Positions 45,599 through 52,048 of a stretch of DNA of 64,000 bases are shown here, piece by piece. The translations under genes were made by a program, and so were the position numbers. Under the pieces are notes generated by a model, which was not told the origin of the DNA, searched no databases, and saw nothing but the letters and a program-made list of their open reading frames with translations. Numbering within the stretch: the stretch's first letter is position 1; every line of letters begins with the position of its first letter. Source of the DNA: Myxococcota bacterium. GTDB lineage: Bacteria > Myxococcota_A > UBA796 > UBA2385. The DNA is taken from assembly GCA_044344255.1 (NCBI GenBank), contig JBIJDH010000001.1, positions 256,001-320,000 on the forward strand. Reading direction: 5' to 3'.

Positions 45599-45805
45599 CT
45601 ACGCAGGCCCTTCAGCGACACTTGGCTCCGCCTGGGAGTGCAGGCGCACAAAGAGGCCGGCACACCAATTCCCCTGCTCATCCTCCAGCACACGGCGGGC
45701 GGTCAAGAACGCGCGAGGGCCCACCACCGTGCCGCTCCCGAGGATCTTGCAGGTGCCATCGTCCAGCACCCGCCCGACCATCACCGCGTCTCTGTGCGGC
45801 GCCAT
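45599..45805 (-). pseudogene. truncated trypsin-like serine protease (68 aa stump)
   Basis: LGSGTVVGPRAFLTARRV corresponds to GSG...LTAxHV with the catalytic His replaced by Arg; it stops before the Asp and Ser motifs. Confidence 0.7.
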
Positions 45806-45808
45806 GCT

Positions 45809-46135
45809 TTACCGGCTCACCTTGAAGGTCTTCGGATCGATCGGCGCCTTCGGGTCGTGGCGGACCGGCTTCAGCTTGAGCTTGACCTTCTGGGTGGACA
45901 CATCCGAGTAGGTTCCCTTGGCGCCGATCTCGAAGACGTGCAGCGACAGCTTGCCACCGAGCTCGCCAGAACGTTGAACGGCGACCTGCAGCTCGACTTC
46001 GACTTCTTCGACGGTGAAGGCGGTGTCGTGGTTGCTGAGTGCGAGCTTCACGCTCATCGCGCCGAGCTCGTCGCGGAGGCGATCGATCACTTCGTCAAAC
46101 GAGACGAGCTTGTCGGGCACTTCCTGCGTGGACAT
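45809..46135 (-). CDS. Trypco2 (trypsin co-occurring domain 2) protein
   Basis: 108 aa; VIDRLRDEL...FTVEEVEVELQV...GGKLSLHVFEIGAKG...QKVKLKLKP; RBS AAGGAAG; upstream TACGAT -10-like box; directly upstream of the trypsin stump. Confidence 0.8.
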   Translation of the reverse strand: MSTQEVPDKLVSFDEVIDRLRDELGAMSVKLALSNHDTAFTVEEVEVELQVAVQRSGELGGKLSLHVFEIGAKGTYSDVSTQKVKLKLKPVRHDPKAPIDPKTFKVSR

Positions 46136-46230
46136 TCCGGCTTCCTTCGAGGCGGCGCCATCGTACACCAAGGGCGTGTGCGGTGGGTCGGTCGGCGGAA
46201 GGGCTTCGGGGACCGGTGGAGATGGTGCGG

Positions 46231-46308
46231 GGTCGTTCCGATGCGCGGCCCCCCTCCGGCGCCGCCGCAGGGAGGTCGCTCCGATGCGCGGCCCCCCTCC
46301 GGCGCCGC
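46231..46308 (+). repeat. 43-bp-period direct duplication
   Basis: GGTCGYTCCGATGCGCGGCCCCCCTCCGGCGCCGC at 46231 and 46274. Confidence 0.85.
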
Positions 46309-46345
46309 TGCGGCGCCACCTCCCCCCGCGGGGCGCGGGAGGAGG
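46292..46345 (+). repeat. REP/RPE-like double-hairpin element
   Basis: CCCCCCTCC-GGCGCCG(CTG)CGGCGCC-A-CCTCCCCCCGCG(GGG)CGCGGGAGGAGG; same architecture as 40653-40701 in the opposite orientation. Confidence 0.65.
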
Positions 46346-46384
46346 AGAGGCACCCTCCCCGCGGCCTCGCCTCGTCGTCGTTTC

Positions 46385-46586
46385 GCCCTTCGGGGCCATC
46401 CGATCGCCCTTTGGGGCCATGCCACTGCCCTTCGGGGCCATGCCACTGCCCTTCGGGGCCATCGCACTGCCCTTCGGGGCCATCGCACTGCCCTTCGGGG
46501 CCATCGCACTGCCCTTCGGGGCCATCGCACTGCCCTTCGGGGCCATCGCACTGCCCTTCGGGGCCATCGCACCGCCCTTCGGGGCC
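46385..46586. repeat. 21-bp tandem array, 10 hairpin cores GCCC-TTCG-GGGC
   Basis: Cores start at 46385, 46406, 46427 ... 46574; consensus GCCCTTCGGGGCCATCGCACT; copy 2 has TTTG. Confidence 0.97.
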
Positions 46587-46669
46587 CCCTGACGGACGTC
46601 CCTGACGGATGTCCGGCACCCCTGTCCGAAAACCTGACACTTTTCACCGCTAAGTGCCTGATCTTACGA

Positions 46670-46685
46670 TGGCACACCGCTTGCT
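46670..46685 (+). promoter_or_regulatory. sigma54 (-24/-12) promoter
   Basis: TGGCACACCGCTTGCT, preceded by an AT-rich tract (possible IHF site) and TGTC/GACA-containing motifs; 53 bp upstream of ATG 46739. Confidence 0.8.
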
Positions 46686-46738
46686 CAAGGCCTCTGCGCA
46701 GCCGGCCCATCCAGGGTGGGGCTGTACAGGGAGTCACC

Positions 46739-47221
46739 ATGTCCGTCACGCTCGACGTCATCCAGCAGGCCACCGCGCAGATCGAGGGGGTCGACGATCA
46801 GGTCGCCGCGCTCGTGGGGGGCCTCACCGATGAGCGCCGCCGCACCGTCACCCGCCCGCCGGCCGCCTTCCCCACACGCGCCCGCGCCGTGCTCCATGAG
46901 GCCCGCCGCCTGAGCGACACCAGCGCCTTCGCGGGGGTGGACCCGGCGGAGATCGAGGCCTGCCTCGACCGCGTCGAGGCGCTCGACCCGGCCATCAACG
47001 CGGTCGAGCGCCTGCTCCGCCGGCTTCAGGACGCGCGCCTCGAGGCCATGCACGACTCCTGGACCGCCACGCTCGACCTCTACGCCGTCGCTCAGGCCCG
47101 CTCGCGCAACAACCAGAGCTGCCGCAGCATCGTCGAGATCATGGCGCCCCTCTTCGCCCGCAGCAGCCGCAGCCGCGCCGCAGCCGAGAAGACCAGCGCG
47201 GGGGCCGAGCCCGCCAAGTAG
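46739..47221 (+). CDS. hypothetical all-helical protein with basic tail (160 aa)
   Basis: RBS AGGGAG, GC3-rich codons and its own sigma54 promoter. Confidence 0.8.
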   Translation: MSVTLDVIQQATAQIEGVDDQVAALVGGLTDERRRTVTRPPAAFPTRARAVLHEARRLSDTSAFAGVDPAEIEACLDRVEALDPAINAVERLLRRLQDARLEAMHDSWTATLDLYAVAQARSRNNQSCRSIVEIMAPLFARSSRSRAAAEKTSAGAEPAK

Positions 47222-47309
47222 TTGGACCGACCGGCGCCGCCTCCCTGCCCAGGGGGGCGGCGACCTGGGGCTCGTCCCCGCCCGCCCGAGGGCGTGGTAG
47301 GGCGCCCCG

Positions 47310-48290
47310 ATGCACACGCCCCTCTCGATCCTCGACCTCGCCTTCGTCGCCCGCGGCGAGACCGCCGCGGAGGCCCTCGGCGGCTCCTTGGCCCTCGCCC
47401 AGCTCGCCGAGGCCCGCGGCTACCGCCGGGTCTGGTACGCCGAGCACCACAACATGCGCAGCATCGCCTCCTCGGCCCCGGCGGTGCTCATCGCCCACGT
47501 CGCGGCACACACGCGGTCCATCCGCCTGGGCGCGGGCGGCGTGATGCTGCCGAACCACTCGCCCCTCTCGATCGCCGAGCAGTTCGGCACGCTGGCCTGC
47601 CTCCACCCCGGGCGCATCGAGCTCGGCCTCGGGCGGGCGCCGGGCGGGGACGCGGCCGTGTTCCGCGCCCTGCGGCGAGACCCCGCCGCCTCGGAGGCCT
47701 TCCCCGACGACGTGCGCGAGCTCCAGGCCTACCTCGCCGGAGAGGCGCCCGTGGGCGGCGTCACGGCCACCCCGGGGGCCGGCACCCGCGTGCCGCTCTA
47801 CATCCTCGGCTCCTCGCTCTTCGGGGCCAGCCTCGCCGCCGCCTTCGGCCTGCCCTACGCCTTCGCCTCCCACTTCGCCCCCGCCGCGCTGCAGCAGGCG
47901 GTGGCGCTGTACCGGAGCCGCTTTCAGCCCTCCGCCGCCCTCGACCGCCCCTACGTCATCGCCGGCGTGAACGTGCTCGCCGCTGACAGCGAGGCCGAGG
48001 CGCGGGCGGGGCTCCAGGTGGTGCAGCGCCAGCGCGCCGAGCTCCTGCTGGCCCGCGGCCGCCGCCTCAGCGACGCCGAGGCCGACGCCCTCCTCGCCTC
48101 GCCCCAGGGGCAGTTCCTGCGCGAGATGATGCACTACGCGGTCGTCGGTGAGCGGGACGCCGTCCGAGACGGCCTCGAGCGCTTCCGGGCCCACGCCGAC
48201 GCCGACGAGCTCATCCTCGCCCACGCCGGCCCCACCCAAGCGGCGCGCCTCGGCTCGGTGGCGCGGGTGGCGGACGCCTACGGCCTCTGA
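47310..48290 (+). CDS. LLM-class flavin-dependent oxidoreductase
   Basis: LSILDL, WYAEHHN, GAGGVMLPNH and LGLGRAPG motifs. Confidence 0.93.
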   Translation: MHTPLSILDLAFVARGETAAEALGGSLALAQLAEARGYRRVWYAEHHNMRSIASSAPAVLIAHVAAHTRSIRLGAGGVMLPNHSPLSIAEQFGTLACLHPGRIELGLGRAPGGDAAVFRALRRDPAASEAFPDDVRELQAYLAGEAPVGGVTATPGAGTRVPLYILGSSLFGASLAAAFGLPYAFASHFAPAALQQAVALYRSRFQPSAALDRPYVIAGVNVLAADSEAEARAGLQVVQRQRAELLLARGRRLSDAEADALLASPQGQFLREMMHYAVVGERDAVRDGLERFRAHADADELILAHAGPTQAARLGSVARVADAYGL

Positions 48291-48296
48291 GCGCGC

Positions 48297-49166
48297 TCAG
48301 GCCGGCCCGAGCCCGCGCAGGGCCCACTCGAGGGGCTTGAGCGCGAGGAAGACGGCGTCGGCCACGAGCGGGTGGCCCATCCGGCGGGCGACGAGGGGCC
48401 CGACGTAGCCATAGACCCACCGGACCGCCCGGTGGCTGCGGGGGGCGGCGGCGGCCCAGCGGTCTTCGAAGGCCCAGAAGGTGCGGAGCTGCGCGTTGGC
48501 GAGGCGCGTGCGCCCGCCGCGCCGATAGGGGGCCCTGGCGCCGACGACGGAGCGGTGGCCGCGGCTCGCGGCGGTGACCACGAAGCAGTCGGGCGGCTCG
48601 TCGGGCAGGGCCTGATAGGCGTGGTGCGACCAGAGGAGCGAGGTGACGAGCAGGCCCGAGAAGGCCCCGCCCACGCCCACAAGCGCCCCGGTGGAGGGCG
48701 GGCGGGCCCGCAGGAGCTGCACGGCGCGCCCGCCATAGACCAGGGCCGTCCAGAGGGGGACAGACATATAGGCGAGGATGGTCGGCTCGCGGGGGACGAT
48801 GAGGGCGCCGAGGAGCAGGCAGGTGGCGCTCGAGAGCGCCCCGGCGAGGTAGCCGAGCACGATCCAGGGCCGAGCCTCCCCGCCCCAGACCTCGCGGACC
48901 CAGGAGGCCGCCACCGCCCAGAGGACGAGGGGCGACAGGGCCAGCTTCCCCTCGTGGAAGCCGTCGAGCCAGCCCATCAGGGCGGCGCCCTTCCAGTCGG
49001 GGATGAGGAAGGTGGAGAAGCCGAAGAAGATGAGCGGCAGCAGGTGGACGAAGAAGACCCAGGCCAGCGCGCGGAGGTAGGCCGGCAGCTTGCGCTCGGC
49101 GCGCAGGGCGGGCGTCGCGAGGGCGAAGGCCAGCAAGAGAGGATGGATGAGCGAGAAGATCGCCAT
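48297..49166 (-). CDS. DUF6688-like membrane protein
   Basis: TM helices, then CFVVTAASRGH...NAQL..F..FED...LKPLEW. Confidence 0.65.
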   Translation of the reverse strand: MAIFSLIHPLLLAFALATPALRAERKLPAYLRALAWVFFVHLLPLIFFGFSTFLIPDWKGAALMGWLDGFHEGKLALSPLVLWAVAASWVREVWGGEARPWIVLGYLAGALSSATCLLLGALIVPREPTILAYMSVPLWTALVYGGRAVQLLRARPPSTGALVGVGGAFSGLLVTSLLWSHHAYQALPDEPPDCFVVTAASRGHRSVVGARAPYRRGGRTRLANAQLRTFWAFEDRWAAAAPRSHRAVRWVYGYVGPLVARRMGHPLVADAVFLALKPLEWALRGLGPA

Positions 49167-49347
49167 GGTGCCCTGGGGAGCGGGGAGGCCAGGGCGACGC
49201 CCGAGTCGGGCGGTGTGGCCTGTGCCGCTCCCCCACAAGAAACACGAGCCGGCGAATTGGGCAAGAACAAAGGCTGTGTGCGGTTCGTGCAGGCGGCGTG
49301 CAGACGCGGGGCGGGCCCGAGGGCGGCACGATCCGTTAGACCACCTC

Positions 49348-49599
49348 ATGCCACCCGCCGACACCCACCCCGAAGCTCACCGAGTCCAGGTCGAGGTCTG
49401 GCGCCGAATGGGGCCCGCGGGCAGGAGCAGGGCTGCGGCCGCGATGTCCGAGGCCCTGTTCGACACCGTGCGCGCCCAGATCACCGCGCTCCGCCCGGAG
49501 TGGGGCCCGCGGGAGGTGACGCTCGCGCTGATCCGTCGCCTCCACGGCCCCGAGATCGCGGCCCGCGTCAATGGCGGCCGACCGGTCCCGACACCGTGA
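49348..49599 (+). CDS. small protein, probable antitoxin-like partner of a nucleotidyltransferase
   Basis: 83 aa DTHPEAHRVQVEVWRRMGP..R...MSE...IRRLHG. Resembles, from recall, the small genes that precede NTase genes. Confidence 0.55.
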   Translation: MPPADTHPEAHRVQVEVWRRMGPAGRSRAAAAMSEALFDTVRAQITALRPEWGPREVTLALIRRLHGPEIAARVNGGRPVPTP

Positions 49600-49640
49600 G
49601 CCTCGGCGCGGTCCTCGCCACCATTGGAGCGCACTCTGGT
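49596..49640 (+). pseudogene. possible stump of the downstream partner gene
   Basis: GTGA-coupled VSLGAVLATIGAH, then sequence that no longer looks coding. Confidence 0.35.
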
Positions 49641-49699
49641 CCAACCGCCTTGAGCCTCCGGCCCTCCCTTCCTTCGTGTGCACCCTACCCGCCGCCCCC

Positions 49700-50641
49700 T
49701 CAGGGCCACGCCCCCTCGAAGGGCCCCGAGGCCCGCTCCCAGCGCTGCTCCTGGGTGGGGTAGAGCGAGCCGGCCCGGAGGAGGGCCTGGTTGTCGGGGT
49801 GGACGTCGAGCTCGAAGGCGTCCAACACGGGGAGCGAGACGCGGGCGGTGAGCCAGCAGGCGCCGAGGCCCTCCCCCACGGTCACCCGCAGGTCGCCGCG
49901 GAGGCTGCTCGGCGCGTAGCCGTCGCGGCTGGCGAGGCTCAGGCAGGGGCGCTCGGGCTCGCAGTCGGCCTGCAGGGCGGGGAGCAGGCGGCCGGCGGCC
50001 TCTACGCGGGCGTCGGCAGACCAGGCGGCGACGGCGGCCTCGGAGGGCGGGCGAACGGTGGGATCGACCGGCTGGAAGGCGGAGCTGGTGATGCTGCCCT
50101 TCTTGAGCGGGTTCTTGCCGCTCATCAGGTCCATGATCGGCAGGATGCCGGTGATCGTGCCGAGGAGGCCGCCGAGCTTCTTGATGCCCGTGAGGCTCTC
50201 GTGGGACTCGATGGTGGCCTCCGGCGCCGCGGGCAAGGCGAGGCCGGCGGCGGCGAGCATGCCGCGGGCGGTGTCGACGGCGCCGGGCGGGTAGGGCGGC
50301 CGGAGGGGGCCCCCGCGATAGACCGTGGCGCCGGTCACGACCACCTCCCAGAGGTCGGCCTCGGTGACGCCGTCGTGGAGCGTGAGGCCGAAGCGCCGCT
50401 CGATCTCCGCCGGGGGGAGGCGCCGGCCCGAGACGTGGGCGCCCCGGGCGGAGAGGACCCGCAGGGTGGCGGAGACCTCGTCGTCATCCCACTGTGGGCG
50501 GTAGCGCACCCGGCCGTGGGCGACGGCGCAGGCCCCGGCCACGTCTCCGCGGGCGAGGCGGCGGCGCACGGGCGAGCAGCCGACGGCGAGCGAGAGCGCG
50601 GCGGCCAGGGCGAGGAGCGGGCAGGCGGCGGCGGGCTTCAC
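49700..50641 (-). CDS. hypothetical lipoprotein
   Basis: LAVGC lipobox; TAGGCT-N6-GTG start. Confidence 0.65.
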   Translation of the reverse strand: MKPAAACPLLALAAALSLAVGCSPVRRRLARGDVAGACAVAHGRVRYRPQWDDDEVSATLRVLSARGAHVSGRRLPPAEIERRFGLTLHDGVTEADLWEVVVTGATVYRGGPLRPPYPPGAVDTARGMLAAAGLALPAAPEATIESHESLTGIKKLGGLLGTITGILPIMDLMSGKNPLKKGSITSSAFQPVDPTVRPPSEAAVAAWSADARVEAAGRLLPALQADCEPERPCLSLASRDGYAPSSLRGDLRVTVGEGLGACWLTARVSLPVLDAFELDVHPDNQALLRAGSLYPTQEQRWERASGPFEGAWP

Positions 50642-50755
50642 CGCGGCAGCCTACCCCGCCCGGCCGGCCGCCGCGGGGAGGTGGAGCGGGGGACGCGGCT
50701 TGTGAGGCGGGGGTCGATCTGCTACCTTGCAGGGGCACCCCTCCCCGAGGTCCCG

Positions 50756-51094
50756 ATGCCTCCCGCCGCGCGTATCACCGACAACAGCCAGGGCATCCCC
50801 CACTGCCACTCGGTGCACCCCTGGAGCCCCATCCCGCACCCGGTGATCGGCCCCATCATCGTCGGCTCGGCGAACGTGATCATCGAGAAGCAGCCCGCGG
50901 CGCGCCTCAATGACACCGGCGTGCACAGCTCGGCGGTGTGCTGCGGGCCGAACACCTACATGATCACCCAGGGCTCGGGCACGGTCTTCACCAACAACCT
51001 GCCGCAGGCCCGGCTGGGAGACCAGACGCTGCACTGCTCGATGGCCTCGGGCGCCATCATCATGGGCGCGGGCACCGTCATCGTCGGCGGATGA
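50756..51094 (+). CDS. PAAR-repeat (spike tip) protein
   Basis: PPAARITD, QPAARLND and PQARLGD repeats; GSANVII, GSGTVF and GAGTVIVGG motifs; His/Cys candidate Zn ligands. Confidence 0.92.
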   Translation: MPPAARITDNSQGIPHCHSVHPWSPIPHPVIGPIIVGSANVIIEKQPAARLNDTGVHSSAVCCGPNTYMITQGSGTVFTNNLPQARLGDQTLHCSMASGAIIMGAGTVIVGG

Positions 51095-52020
51095 ACCTCT
51101 TCCTCACCCGGGGTTGTAACGAGCGCTGCGCCTTCTGCTACGCGGGCGACTTCTTCGACAAGGCCCCGGCCGGCGACGACGCGCAGCTCTTCCGCTCCCT
51201 CGCCCACTACGCCAGCCTCGTCGCGAAGGCCCCGCCGCTCCCGGCTTGGGACCCTGACGCCCCCGAGCTGGCGATGACCTACTACGCCTCCCGCTCGGTG
51301 GGCCTGCTCGGCGGCGAGCCCACGCTCTCTCCGCGCTTCGAGGCGATCGTCGAGGCCATCGCCGGGCACGGCCTCGGCCCGATCCTGTTCACGAACGGGA
51401 GCCGCCCCGACCGGGTGGCCGCGGTGGCGCACCGGCTGTGGAGCGTGACCATCAACGGCCACTTCGCGGCGCGGGCGCCCACCCTCGGCTTTGACATCAA
51501 GCGTATCTTCGCCAACCTGCCCGTCCGCCCGGGCGACGACGTGGTGGCCGCGCTCGAGGTCATTCGAGACGCAGGGATCCGCGGCGTCTTCCTCGCCTTC
51601 GCCACCCCCGTGGGCGGGGCGGACCCTCACTGTTTCACGCCGAATGACCAGGACGAGATGCGCCGGGTGCACGCGCTCGCCCTCGAGTTCTGCGAGCAGA
51701 GCGGCATCTACCTCGGCTACGACTGCTCCTTCCCCCTCTGCGTAGACGAGCGGGTGAAGCAGACGAAGTGTACGAGCGTGCCGGTGATGAACACGAGCGG
51801 CGAGGTCACCATCTGCGGGGGCGAGTACGCCTACGCCGACGGGCTCCGCCCCATCCAGGAATTCGACAGCCTCGAGGCCCTGCACACCTACACCTACGGC
51901 CTCATCACCGGGCTCCGCACCCTGCCCTCGCGCTTCGATATCTGCAATTCCTGTCCGGAATTCAACCAGCGCTGCCACGGGATGTGCCTCGCCTATCGGG
52001 ACCGCGGAGAGGCCGCGTAG
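51091..52020 (+). CDS. radical SAM enzyme with SPASM-like domain
   Basis: CNERCAFC and GGEPTL; C-terminal C-x9-G-x4-C and CxxC-x6-C-x3-C; ATGA-coupled to the PAAR gene. Confidence 0.88.
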   Translation: MNLFLTRGCNERCAFCYAGDFFDKAPAGDDAQLFRSLAHYASLVAKAPPLPAWDPDAPELAMTYYASRSVGLLGGEPTLSPRFEAIVEAIAGHGLGPILFTNGSRPDRVAAVAHRLWSVTINGHFAARAPTLGFDIKRIFANLPVRPGDDVVAALEVIRDAGIRGVFLAFATPVGGADPHCFTPNDQDEMRRVHALALEFCEQSGIYLGYDCSFPLCVDERVKQTKCTSVPVMNTSGEVTICGGEYAYADGLRPIQEFDSLEALHTYTYGLITGLRTLPSRFDICNSCPEFNQRCHGMCLAYRDRGEAA

Positions 52021-52048
52021 GCGCGATCCGTGGAGGGCTGGACGCCCC

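Noticed and set aside
45809..46567. Trypco2 with an N-terminal (MAPKGSA)n extension, and the + strand (ALRGHRT)n ORF 45203-47221
   Set aside because: Both real genes have their own RBS and promoter downstream of the array (ATG 46135 and ATG 46739). The open frames are a by-product of a stop-free 21-mer.
46385..46586. CRISPR array or guide-RNA array
   Set aside because: The period is only 21 bp, the 6-nt linkers are mostly identical, and no cas or RNA-guided effector gene is present.
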